A stretch of DNA of 64,000 nucleotides, taken from an uncultured bacterium (GTDB lineage Bacteria > Acidobacteriota > DATKUA01). The notes under the pieces are model-generated. The model was not told the origin of the DNA and ran no database searches. It worked only from the letters and a program-made list of their open reading frames with translations. Location of the stretch: positions 4,240 through 68,239 of the forward strand of contig CBFCZO010000007.1 in NCBI GenBank assembly GCA_965602675.1, written 5' to 3'. This document shows, piece after piece, positions 38,619 through 48,454 of the stretch (position 1 is the stretch's first letter; every line of letters begins with the position of its first letter). The position numbers and the translations under genes were made by a program.

Positions 38619-39004
38619 TGTTTCCTCCTGTATGATAAAACCGTCATTTATCAAAATCGTCGACGCAGACGGAAAAGTTCTTGAGCCGACGGCAATATAG
38701 CGTTGCAGGATGATGAATCTATGGAATTCAAACGATCTATATGTCACGACCGGGATAAGGGCTCAATCACAACCGATCGCCTTCATCACGTATTATCAAG
38801 AATCGCCGCTTCCTTCTTCCAATTACAGTATACTGCCACTAGGCGGTCAATATCAACCCTGTGCGAAGTTTATATCGCGTATATTGGGAATATATTCTCT
38901 ATTTAGCGTGCCAGGCTCGCCCGCCTCGTTGTGTTGGATAGGCCCGTAGGCTTGCGGCTGTCTGCGCCGATGATTCCGCAAGCGTTATCTTCAGGCGCTA
39001 ATCC

Positions 39005-39328
39005 TTACCTCTCTCTGTTCTGGCTTATGATCGCCCGGCGTGCCCAGCGCAGCAGCTCGTCGCTATCCTCGAGAATCTCAGCCGGGACCTCGTAATAGCT
39101 CTTAATCGTCTGCTTCGCGTTAGGGCGGAAGGGCTCCATGCCCTTAGCTTCGTATGCTTTTCTGCTGTCGGCGTCAGTCTTGAAGAAAAGCGTGTCCTTG
39201 TTAATGATCGCAAAAAAAACATCCCTGGCGTAGAGGCCGTAACCGCCGAACATGCGTTTACAAACCAGTCCCTCGAGGCCGCCCAGCTGATCGAGCACGT
39301 AGTCCCGAAACTCTTCATTTTTAGTCAT
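39005..39328 (-). CDS. TfoX N-terminal domain protein (standalone)
   Basis: TfoX_N signature (…LVCKRMFGGYGLYARDVFFAII…) in a 107-aa protein. Confidence 0.7.
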   Translation of the reverse strand: MTKNEEFRDYVLDQLGGLEGLVCKRMFGGYGLYARDVFFAIINKDTLFFKTDADSRKAYEAKGMEPFRPNAKQTIKSYYEVPAEILEDSDELLRWARRAIISQNRER

Positions 39329-39355
39329 GAGGATATTCTATCTCGGGAGAAGTAC

Positions 39356-39395
39356 AAAAAAAACGGCGCGCGTTACGGATCGGCAATCGCGCGCC
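39356..39395 (-). terminator. Minus-strand intrinsic terminator with no annotated upstream gene
   Basis: On the minus strand, GGCGCGCG-15 nt loop-CGCGCGCC is followed by T8. It sits about 30 bp upstream of the tfoX start, inside a 660-bp ORF-free region. Confidence 0.55.
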
Positions 39396-39993
39396 TGCTT
39401 GGCAGTTAAGGCATGCGAGTAACTACTTTGGAAACCGTTCATGGTGAACGGATTAATTTCGCAAACTCGCAAAGTGGGTAGCTTCATTGACATAAGAAAA
39501 GACCGCTAACCAATAACTAAACTCGGTAGATATCTTTCAGATTCAAACGGGAGGCCGGAGTGAACCATGCTTAACAAATTCAACCGCCGGTGGCTTTTCT
39601 CTTTTCAACGAGCATCCACGCGCTTCACATTATAATAATAACGCCACCACATGATCAATTGCAAGTTTTTTTATCTCGCGGCCCAAGAAAAAATACACTT
39701 CAAGGAGCCGAGATGTCAGCTACCATGTTACGCAGTTACTAAATAACATCCTTGTAATACAACAATTATAGCAATAACCGGGCACGCCTTGCCTGACACC
39801 GCCTCAGAGCTGTTGTTGTGGCGATTGGATTAATTGGTATTTAATTCACAACTTAGGCGCTGAGAAAAGGAGAGTTCCCGTCACCGTCAAACAGATACAA
39901 AGCAATAAAATCAACAGCTGCTATAATCCTGTGAACAACTGCAGCATGGATTCCGTAACATTTTCAGCCGGCATCCAAAACAGGGGTAGTCAG

Positions 39994-41094
39994 ATGAAGA
40001 TAAACAATTTCGAACTGGAACGCTTTTTCGCAAAATACGAATTCAGCTCGCCATATCTTTTGTGCTGCTCCGACTGCGAGACGATGAGCATCGCCGAGCT
40101 GCTGGCGTTCGGGGAGGATTACAGCGAGGAAATGGCCGGCTTGCGGCTGGGCTATACGGAGTCGAAAGGCCACCCGGCCCTGCGCGATGCCGTTTCGGAC
40201 ATGTATATAAAAACCACTGCCGACGACGTGCTTGCGTTCAGCGGCGCCGAGGAAGGCATCTTCGTATTGATGAACGCACTGCTGGAACGCGACGACCACA
40301 TTATCGTGCAGTTCCCGGCCTACCAGTCGCTGTTCGAGGTGGCGCAGGCAATCGGCTGCGACGTCACTCGCTGGACACTCGACGAGGAGCGCGGCTGGCG
40401 GCCCGATCTCGATTTGTTGCGGGACTCGATTCGTCCTGAGACGAAACTCATCGTCATCAATTTCCCGCATAATCCCACAGGATCGCTCGCCACGCACGGG
40501 GAGTATCTGGATATAATCGAAATCGCAAGCGACCGTGGGATTCACTTACTTTCCGACGAGGTTTACCGGCTCTCTGAATACTCTCCCGCGGATCGCCTCG
40601 GAGCAATGTGCGACCTCTACGACAAAGGAATCTCGCTGGGAGTGATGTCAAAGAGCCTCGGACTGGCGGGCTTGAGGATCGGGTGGCTGGCGACGCGCGA
40701 TCGGGAAGCCATGCGTAAACTTGCCGCCTACAAGGACTACACTACTATCTGCAACAGTGCTCCCAGTGAACTGCTGGCCACTTTTGCATTGAAGCACAGC
40801 GAAAGGATCCTGCAACGCAACCTGGGGATAATCCAGAAAAACCTGGATTTGCTCGACCGATTCTTCGCAGAGCACGAGGATGGATTCGAGTGGATACGCC
40901 CCAAGGCCGGGCCGATCGCCTTTCCTCGATTACGTGAGGGAAGCGTGAAGGAATTCTCCCGTGATCTGCTCGAGAAAGCCGGAGTGCTATTGTTACCGAG
41001 TAAGGTATTCGATTACGGCGACAGCCACTTCCGCATCGGCTTCGGCCGGGCGGATATGCCGGAAGCCCTTGAGAAGCTGTCAGAGGCGGTCTGA
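39994..41094 (+). CDS. Class I/II PLP-dependent aminotransferase
   Basis: PLP-lysine region (…GVMSKSLGLAGLRIGWLA…) and about 365-aa size. The start at 39994 (M22 of the ORF) sits behind AGGGGTAG. Confidence 0.8.
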   Translation: MKINNFELERFFAKYEFSSPYLLCCSDCETMSIAELLAFGEDYSEEMAGLRLGYTESKGHPALRDAVSDMYIKTTADDVLAFSGAEEGIFVLMNALLERDDHIIVQFPAYQSLFEVAQAIGCDVTRWTLDEERGWRPDLDLLRDSIRPETKLIVINFPHNPTGSLATHGEYLDIIEIASDRGIHLLSDEVYRLSEYSPADRLGAMCDLYDKGISLGVMSKSLGLAGLRIGWLATRDREAMRKLAAYKDYTTICNSAPSELLATFALKHSERILQRNLGIIQKNLDLLDRFFAEHEDGFEWIRPKAGPIAFPRLREGSVKEFSRDLLEKAGVLLLPSKVFDYGDSHFRIGFGRADMPEALEKLSEAV

Positions 41095-41144
41095 CAAAGC
41101 CCGGGCGGCAGAATCCCGGACGGCCCGCTGGTATCTCAAAAGTC

Positions 41145-41417
41145 CTAATCCTTGTGGTTCCACCACTTGAGAAGCTCGGGATCGGTAGTGTCATTCGACG
41201 CATAGTAAACGGCGCAACGCATGGTGTAGAGCACGCAGCGGCAGGTCATCTGCCCCTGGTGGGAGTTGATCTTCATCCAGAGGTCCTCGGGATCGGCGCC
41301 CTTGAGATCCCCGATGCGACGGATGCCAATATCCCACAGATCGCCCGCGATGCTCGGTCCTACACTGGGAATCGTCGTCAATTCCCGTATGGCGGCTTCC
41401 CTGATTGTTTCGCTCAT
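41145..41417 (-). CDS. Cdd1-like helix-hairpin-helix small protein
   Basis: The 90-aa protein has …IPSVGPSIAGDLWDIGIRRIGDL…, an HhH, and a C-terminal Cys cluster. Its start codon overlaps the stop of the upstream gene (ATGA). Confidence 0.55.
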   Translation of the reverse strand: MSETIREAAIRELTTIPSVGPSIAGDLWDIGIRRIGDLKGADPEDLWMKINSHQGQMTCRCVLYTMRCAVYYASNDTTDPELLKWWNHKD

Positions 41418-42343
41418 TGTTCAAGTTCCTCGGCGAAGGTTAGGACGTAGCCGTTGTTATCCTCGATCGCGAATTCCCTCATACCATAAAAAGTGTCGTG
41501 GAGATCGACCACTATCTTTGCCTTGTCTTTGATGCTCTCATGGAACTCGTCAATGCCTTCCAACACAATGAAGAGCACTAGCGAGCCTCCCACCGCTGAA
41601 TCACTGAACGCCGGATACTCTTCAACAAGGCTGTCAAGCGCCTGGAACATGATCTCGGCGCCCCCGTTGCTCATCATCGCCCAATCGTAGTTCCCGCCTT
41701 CAGGCACACTCATCACCAGCTGGAAGCCGAGTGCGTCGCGGTAAAAATCGACTGTTTCATTCACATCGGCAACCATCAGGTTCGCGGTCAGGCTTTTCAT
41801 TTCAGTTCCTCCGATCGCCGAGCGTTCCATCCGATTCTGCGAGTAGCATTTGAAACCACTCTCTCCGGTGGAAAGGTGGAAACCGACCAGCAATGCGCCT
41901 TCACCATCCAACTCGTACGTCACCTTGGCCTGCCAGCCGGGCGGGGCGTTCTCCAGATCCTCTGATACGAATGCCAATACACCGCCCTCAGCGGTGGGCG
42001 CTTCCAGCACGTAGCGATTGATGAAACCCTCTACATGGAACTGCCGGAAAACGTGCTTCTTGCGTGCTTTGTCGTAGCTGATGAAACCGACGTCCTCGTG
42101 AACTTCGCCGTCAGGATTCTTCTCCTGCGGAGCGAAAACCGCAGTCGTACTCAGCTTGATGAACTGCCCACCCAACGCGAATTCAATACGGGTCGTGACC
42201 TCGGAGCGGCCCGACATCCCTTCGCCGGCTCCACGCCACTCACCGATTAGCGGGCGGAACGGCTGCCAGACATCCACATCGGTGGTTTGCCCCGCCGCCG
42301 ACGTCATAAAAACTGTTAAAGCAACCAGTGCAAATCGACGCAT
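41414..42343 (-). CDS. Secreted protein with C-terminal VOC (glyoxalase/bleomycin-resistance) domain
   Basis: Signal peptide. The C-terminal ~120 aa (…LMVADVNETVDFYRDALGFQL…) show the VOC pattern. Confidence 0.6.
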   Translation of the reverse strand: MRRFALVALTVFMTSAAGQTTDVDVWQPFRPLIGEWRGAGEGMSGRSEVTTRIEFALGGQFIKLSTTAVFAPQEKNPDGEVHEDVGFISYDKARKKHVFRQFHVEGFINRYVLEAPTAEGGVLAFVSEDLENAPPGWQAKVTYELDGEGALLVGFHLSTGESGFKCYSQNRMERSAIGGTEMKSLTANLMVADVNETVDFYRDALGFQLVMSVPEGGNYDWAMMSNGGAEIMFQALDSLVEEYPAFSDSAVGGSLVLFIVLEGIDEFHESIKDKAKIVVDLHDTFYGMREFAIEDNNGYVLTFAEELEQ

Positions 42344-42434
42344 GGGAAACCTCGTGATTACGCTGTATCACCATAGCTTAGTGGCGCCCCATTGAATATG
42401 TCAAGACAAATGTTCAGTCTTTTGTTCAGTTGTG

Positions 42435-43946
42435 TTATTGCTTCATCCCGGCCGCTTGCTTCAGCGCGATCGCGTCCTTCATATCCTGTAGATTCTTGGT
42501 GAGGTAATACCAACCATTCTTGAAGGCAGAATAATCGGGGCCGCCCATCGCAGAACCGTAGCGCACGGAGTTGGCGAAGAAGAGCCACTGGTCGATCCAC
42601 TTGCGCTCCAGCCCCTCGTCGAATGGATTGTCGTCGGCCTTGGCGAGGCCCGCCTGCCAGGCTGAAACCATCAGCTTGGTCGTCGTTTCGACCATCTTAT
42701 CGGTCTCGGCAATCGTCATCTCCAGCTGCTCGAAATGGCCGTCGGACCACGAGCCTCCGTGGCATGCCGTGCAGACTTTCCTGAGGACGGCCTTTCTGCG
42801 AGCCTGCTCCCCGGCGTCGATAAGGAATTCCGATGCGGGGACGCCGGTGAAGGTGGTCGGCAACGGCAGGCCATCGGAGTTCTTGATGACCGAGGTCTCG
42901 CCGCTCTTGGGTTGTGGGTGGGAATAGATCAAGCCGAAGATGCGGACATAGAGACGCGCTCCGAAGTTGTGGCTCCGTTCCGCTACGACCTCGCCTTCGG
43001 AATTGACCAATAATGCACTATGGCAGGCTGCGCAGGTGGGGGCGCGAAAATCGTCACCGACAGCCCATGGCACGGCGTTCCACTCCCATTCATCCGCCTT
43101 TGAGAGGAAGATGTTGCCGTGCTTGCTCTCGCGCCACGTCTCCCAGCCGGGCACATCGGGATTGAGGTGGCATTGCAGGCAGGTGTAAGGCTTGCGTGCA
43201 GTCTCGATCGAGAAACCATGGCGGGGGTGGCATGCAGCGCATGAGCCGCGACTGCCGTCGGGATTGACACGGCCGACGCCCTGGTTCGGCCAGTTGCTGA
43301 GATTCGGCACCTCCAGCTCGCCGTAGTCGCTCTCGACGGTCTTCTTGCCGTCGACCTCGATCACCGTCCCGTGGCAGGAGAAACAAGTCTCGCCGCGGCC
43401 CACTGCCGAGGCCGGCTTCTGCTGCAAAGCCCCGTCCACCACCTCGGCGACTCCGACCGACGTGTTCACCAACGCCATAAAGACGGGATTTTCGAGGAGG
43501 TTGCCTACGGCGTGGCCCTTCTTGCTTCCCGAATACTCGTCTCGCTCGACCGGATGGCAGGTAGCGCAGTCGTCCGGAGAAACAACGACATTGATCTCGT
43601 AGCCCTCGTGCTCGAAGGAGTCCGCGTGCTTGCCCGTGTTGCGGCCGTGGCATTCATAGCAGCCGACGGCGACGCCCTGCAGTTCCTCCGGCACGTACTC
43701 CGCCGATATCCGCCGCTCAAGCTTTTCAGCCTGCATTGCTTCGGCCGGAGTTGCGGCGGAATGACGGCTGTCCCGCCAGTCGGCGACGATGCCGGGAGTG
43801 TAATACTGGTGGCACTCGATGCACTCAGCACTCTCGTCGCTTAGCTTTCCCTCCTGGCGAGCGTTAACGATATCAACTGGCAAAATCGCAGCGAAAAAAG
43901 CCGTGCCCGCGCAAACAAGGATTAATAAGAAACCCAGTTTCTTCAT
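42435..43946 (-). CDS. Octahaem c-type cytochrome, HAO-like multihaem family
   Basis: Signal peptide plus eight CxxCH motifs (CIECH, CYECH, CATCH, CFSCH, CAACH, CLQCH, CAACH, CTACH) in 503 aa. Confidence 0.8.
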   Translation of the reverse strand: MKKLGFLLILVCAGTAFFAAILPVDIVNARQEGKLSDESAECIECHQYYTPGIVADWRDSRHSAATPAEAMQAEKLERRISAEYVPEELQGVAVGCYECHGRNTGKHADSFEHEGYEINVVVSPDDCATCHPVERDEYSGSKKGHAVGNLLENPVFMALVNTSVGVAEVVDGALQQKPASAVGRGETCFSCHGTVIEVDGKKTVESDYGELEVPNLSNWPNQGVGRVNPDGSRGSCAACHPRHGFSIETARKPYTCLQCHLNPDVPGWETWRESKHGNIFLSKADEWEWNAVPWAVGDDFRAPTCAACHSALLVNSEGEVVAERSHNFGARLYVRIFGLIYSHPQPKSGETSVIKNSDGLPLPTTFTGVPASEFLIDAGEQARRKAVLRKVCTACHGGSWSDGHFEQLEMTIAETDKMVETTTKLMVSAWQAGLAKADDNPFDEGLERKWIDQWLFFANSVRYGSAMGGPDYSAFKNGWYYLTKNLQDMKDAIALKQAAGMKQ

Positions 43947-44156
43947 AGCTGTCCCCCGAAAGTTTGGCTGGTCCGATTACCCTTGCTAATAATATGTCCG
44001 CCAATTCCTCAAATATCAATCCCCGAATGTTTGTAACTCGGATAAAGATGGACTTCGTAGAGGATTTGCAAAGCAGACAAATCAAAATACGCTATTTGCA
44101 TTCGGTTTTTGACTAACATATTATCTCATACACATCACTTCACATCGGGGGTAACC

Positions 44157-45521
44157 ATGTTTAATAAACCAAATGCCGGATGTACCCTGATCGGCAAGCC
44201 TTTATCAATTCTTCTAATCACCATTTTGCTGACCTTATGCTTCTCATTCGTGTCATATTCCCAAGATTACGAGTGGCGGAAAGTCAGCAGTTCGGGCCCT
44301 GAACCCAGAATCAACCATGCGATGGCCTACGACATCAGCCGAGATAGAGTCGTCCTCTTCGGCGGAGAAACCCGAACCAATCAAGCTGTTGCTTTCGGGG
44401 ATACCTGGGAGTGGGACGGCAGCGCCTGGACGCTGGTCAGTACAAGCGGTCCGATACCTCGATGTGGCCACGCGATGGCCTATGATGATTCGCGAAATAG
44501 AGTTGTTCTTTTCGGCGGAGAAGCCCCCCCAGGCTTTCCAATATACGATGACACCTGGGAATGGGACGGATCAAGCTGGACACAACGCGCGCAGATGAGC
44601 GCAGCCCCTCCGCCGGCTCGGTGTGCCCATGCCATGGTATACGACAGCAAACGCAAAGTTGTCGTCATGTTCGGCGGAATGGGCTGGAATCGTTATAAGG
44701 ATACGTGGTTCTGGAACGGGACGAACTGGTCTCTCGTCACAACAAAAGGTATTCATGAGCTCCAGGATCATGGCATGGCCTACCACATCCAGCGAGACAA
44801 AGTTGTACTATACGGTGGGCACAGAGGTCTCGGCTTGCCGGAATCAACCACCTATCACTGGGACGGCAGCGCCTGGGGCATGGTCTCCACACAAGGCCCG
44901 GGAGAGCTATGGCAACACTCGATGGTTTATGACAGCCAGCGCAAGCTGGTCGTCCTCTTCGGTGGGAATAACGACGAGGGGCTACAGGGATTTGTCAACA
45001 CCTGGACATGGAACTGTAATTCGTGGAACTTGGAGAACACACAAGGTCCCGAGGTGACCTACGGCCAGGATATGGTCCACGACTCCACGCGAAATCACAT
45101 TGTCCTCTTCGGCGGCGGTATCGGCGGAATCAAAAGGGGCGACACCTGGATCTACGGCCCGCCCATCCTCTACGACCTTTCTCCCAAATTCGCCAAATCC
45201 GCCCCCAAGCTTGTGGCGGCTGGCGAAAGTACGCGACTTATCACCCGCATCAAGAACACCGGTAAGGGCGTATCCATGGCGTGCACGCTGAGCTTCTACC
45301 TGACCAAGAAGCCCAAGATGACGAAGAAAGCGATACTGTTGGGATCTGCCGGCGTCCCCGCGATCAATAACGGTAAAAGCAAGAAAATCAAGGTCACTGC
45401 CAAAGTGCCGACGAACATCAAGATCGGCAAATACTATGTAGTCGTAAAGCTTTGTGTCGAAGACAAGAACACTAACAATAACGTCAAGGCAAGCAACGGG
45501 AAGATCCTGGAGATCTACTGA
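44157..45521 (+). CDS. Kelch-repeat (beta-propeller) secreted protein
   Basis: Six repeats of the pattern DTWEWDGSAWT…R.GHAMAYD…VVLFGG. A C-terminal Lys-rich domain follows. Confidence 0.75.
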   Translation: MFNKPNAGCTLIGKPLSILLITILLTLCFSFVSYSQDYEWRKVSSSGPEPRINHAMAYDISRDRVVLFGGETRTNQAVAFGDTWEWDGSAWTLVSTSGPIPRCGHAMAYDDSRNRVVLFGGEAPPGFPIYDDTWEWDGSSWTQRAQMSAAPPPARCAHAMVYDSKRKVVVMFGGMGWNRYKDTWFWNGTNWSLVTTKGIHELQDHGMAYHIQRDKVVLYGGHRGLGLPESTTYHWDGSAWGMVSTQGPGELWQHSMVYDSQRKLVVLFGGNNDEGLQGFVNTWTWNCNSWNLENTQGPEVTYGQDMVHDSTRNHIVLFGGGIGGIKRGDTWIYGPPILYDLSPKFAKSAPKLVAAGESTRLITRIKNTGKGVSMACTLSFYLTKKPKMTKKAILLGSAGVPAINNGKSKKIKVTAKVPTNIKIGKYYVVVKLCVEDKNTNNNVKASNGKILEIY

Positions 45522-45638
45522 GATTCACTCTGCACCGATCGTTTAAGCCGATCCGGAGTGTCTGAGACACAAACAGAGACTAAAAGAACAAGGGCGGGTT
45601 GTTTCCCGCCCCTGTTTGTTCGATCCGTGTGCGGCCGG

Positions 45639-47282
45639 TTACTTGCCGAGGCCCTTCATTCTGATTGCAGGAATGTAAGGATTATCCGGCAGAAGCTCGG
45701 GACGCTCCGCGCCGTCGGCCCAATGGCGGCCGATGGCGTAATAAAGGTTCATCGCTTGGATCGTGCCGTCGTAGCGCCAGCGCGGATCCATCTCGTCGCT
45801 CGGCTGATGGTAGCGACCGGCAAAAAGCTCTCCGAACATCTTGCTCGCATCTTCCTCGCTCATCCCGCGGACTTTACGGCCTGTGCCCGTTGAGAGAGCG
45901 ACCACCCCGCGGGCGCAGAGCGGGAAATGGTCGGAACGGAAAGTGCCGCCGCCCCTGTCGGCCCCACCGATGTTGAGCGTCAGGCCGAGACGCTCGCCAA
46001 TCGCCCTGACCGCATCCAGAGCGTTGGTGAATTTGACAATCCCTGCGCCGAAATCCTCGGTCGGGCCATAAACGTTGACGACATCGATGTTGACCGCAAT
46101 TGCGGTTTTCTCAAGCGGGAAGATGGGATTTGTCGCATAGTACTCGGCTCCCAGCAGGCCGGTCTCTTCCGCAGTGGTAGCCATGAAGACTATCGAGCGC
46201 TCAGGCGGCGTCATCTCGCTGTAAGCCCGCGCCAGGCAGATGATGGCGGCGATGCCGGAAGCGTTATCCCGAGCGCCGTTGTAGATATTGTCGCCGTCTA
46301 TCGCCCGGCCAACGCCGAAATGATCCCAATGGCCGCAGTAAACCACCGCCTCGTCGCCCTTGGTTGTGCCGGGCAGGATGCCGATGACGTTGGGCGTTTC
46401 AAACTCGCGGTGCTCCTGCTTGAACTCGGCTACGACGCTGATGCCGAGCGGCACAGGCTGGAAATCGCGGCCGTCGGCCTTTTCCTTCAGCTCGGCGTAT
46501 GTTGTGCCGACAAAGGCAAGTGCCTTGTCGAACGCAGGCTGGGCAACCCAGGAGTTGATCAGGAGTTGATTCGGGATGGTGCCCCTGATCTGGATGCGCT
46601 CGATCGCCCAGGAGTTCTGCACGACGCTGAAGTTGTAAGTCGCCGTCTCGTCGGTGTGGATAAGGATGATACCCTTCGCACCCTTTGCCCGCGCGATCTC
46701 CTCCTTGTAGGTCCAGCGGCCGTAGTAGCTGAGCGATTCATTATAGAATCCGGTCTTCTCCAGGTCGGGATCGTTGACCAGCATTACCAGGATCTTGTCC
46801 TTGACGTCCACTCCCTTGTAATCATCCCAATCGTACTCCGGCGCTTCAATCCCATAGCCGACGAACAGCAAGTCACCCTCTGCGCCGACCGAGTCAAGCG
46901 GCAGCTCGCTGTTGACCACAACCTCGTCCACCGGCGCGAAGCTGACGCTCTGCCCACCGGCGGAAAGCGTGAAATTGACGGAATCCTGAATCGTTTCGAT
47001 GCCGAGCATCGGCACCTGCTGGAAATAACCCCGCTCCTCGGAGATCGGCTGAAGCCCGATCGCTTCGAACTGAGCAGCGATGTAGGCCGCGGCCAACTCG
47101 CCGCCGCGAGTGCCGGGAGCCCGGCCTTCGCAGATATCGCTCGCGAGGAACTTCAGGTGCGCGACAAACTCCGATTCGGAGAATCTCGGCTGATCAGCGG
47201 TCCCCTGCTTTTCCGCTCCGCCGAGACAAAGACCGGTCGTTAAAAACATCGCGGCTAATAATAAGATTACTCTTTCCCTCAT
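45639..47282 (-). CDS. M28-family aminopeptidase with PA domain
   Basis: Zn-ligand region …NGARDNASGIAAIICLARAY… and …HTDETATYNF…. The start is M17, behind GGGGAGGAG. Confidence 0.8.
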   Translation of the reverse strand: MRERVILLLAAMFLTTGLCLGGAEKQGTADQPRFSESEFVAHLKFLASDICEGRAPGTRGGELAAAYIAAQFEAIGLQPISEERGYFQQVPMLGIETIQDSVNFTLSAGGQSVSFAPVDEVVVNSELPLDSVGAEGDLLFVGYGIEAPEYDWDDYKGVDVKDKILVMLVNDPDLEKTGFYNESLSYYGRWTYKEEIARAKGAKGIILIHTDETATYNFSVVQNSWAIERIQIRGTIPNQLLINSWVAQPAFDKALAFVGTTYAELKEKADGRDFQPVPLGISVVAEFKQEHREFETPNVIGILPGTTKGDEAVVYCGHWDHFGVGRAIDGDNIYNGARDNASGIAAIICLARAYSEMTPPERSIVFMATTAEETGLLGAEYYATNPIFPLEKTAIAVNIDVVNVYGPTEDFGAGIVKFTNALDAVRAIGERLGLTLNIGGADRGGGTFRSDHFPLCARGVVALSTGTGRKVRGMSEEDASKMFGELFAGRYHQPSDEMDPRWRYDGTIQAMNLYYAIGRHWADGAERPELLPDNPYIPAIRMKGLGK

Positions 47283-47531
47283 TTTACTCCTCCCCGTAGG
47301 TTTGCGGCTGACAGAAAGCTGGTAACCCATAAATGCACGGATTAAACCGATTTAACAGCCGGTAAAGCAAATCTCCCGACTAACTGGTATCACCGACTCA
47401 GCATTACATTTTGTCAAAAAGTTCGCGGTTTTCACAGAGTAAATGTTGCGCCCGGCTCACAACAAATTGATGAAAACCGGCCTCGGGGGTATCATCCAAT
47501 CGGAATCGCTGCAAAAGCAGGGAGGAGAGAC

Positions 47532-48290
47532 ATGCCGCCGACACACGAAGCAATTGATCGCGTGATGAAGAAACTCCGACTGGAAACACCACTGGTTGCC
47601 ATCTACGACGCTTCCCCGTCGGATGAGTTCGCTCCCATGCTGAAGGCCAAGGGACACGCGTGCTGTTTCGCCTTCTATAAGAGCTGGCTGGACGGCGAAA
47701 CAGTCGCTTTCGTCAAAGCCCCTGAGGAGAGTAATGATTTTGCCGAGCCGACCCACGGCTGCCCCGGCGCACAGCGGGCGCTCGGCCTGACGAAGGATTA
47801 CCCTCCCTTCATGGCTCATTTCCTTACAGACGGTGTGGGCGCACCCATGGGAGAGGGCCTGATGGCCACCCCTGAGCTGGCGCAGGAATTCCTCGACCGG
47901 GCGGTTGCGCCGGAGGTTTCCGGCGATTCAGTTTTGATCGGCCCGCTAAAGCTTGACCAGTGGGACAAAGTCAGGAGTGTGACATTCCTCGTCGACGCCG
48001 ACCGCCTCTCAGCCGTGATGCGCCTGGCCGGATTCTGGTCGTCAGATCCGGATCTCGTCTCTGCGCCCTTCTCATCGGGTTGCGGGCTCCTCTGGCGCGA
48101 CCTGATAAACCAGGAACGCGACAGGCCGCTGATCGGCTGCACAGATATGGCAATGCGCAAATACCTGCCGCCGGAGATCCTTTGCCTGACCGTCACGCCA
48201 CAGCGCTTCGAGCAGATGATGACAATCCCGGATGGCTCATTCCTCGACAAAACGTGGTGGAACGAGCTGATGGACAGCCGCGGCCTCTGA
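47532..48290 (+). CDS. Hypothetical protein (possibly DUF169-like)
   Basis: 252 aa. A GGGAGGAG ribosome-binding site precedes the ATG. No confident family was recognised. Confidence 0.5.
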   Translation: MPPTHEAIDRVMKKLRLETPLVAIYDASPSDEFAPMLKAKGHACCFAFYKSWLDGETVAFVKAPEESNDFAEPTHGCPGAQRALGLTKDYPPFMAHFLTDGVGAPMGEGLMATPELAQEFLDRAVAPEVSGDSVLIGPLKLDQWDKVRSVTFLVDADRLSAVMRLAGFWSSDPDLVSAPFSSGCGLLWRDLINQERDRPLIGCTDMAMRKYLPPEILCLTVTPQRFEQMMTIPDGSFLDKTWWNELMDSRGL

Positions 48291-48454
48291 GCCACCGACC
48301 GGCTTAGAAGCGGCTGCAGAGCTCCCCCGTGGAAGCAGTAACTCGTTCCCTTACAGAGACGAAATCACGTAAGCACTCTGCAGTACAAAGGTTAGGATGA
48401 TGAGAGAGAAGTAGGAAAAGGAGCAGGCCAGTCTTACTCCCCGTTCCAGTCGCG

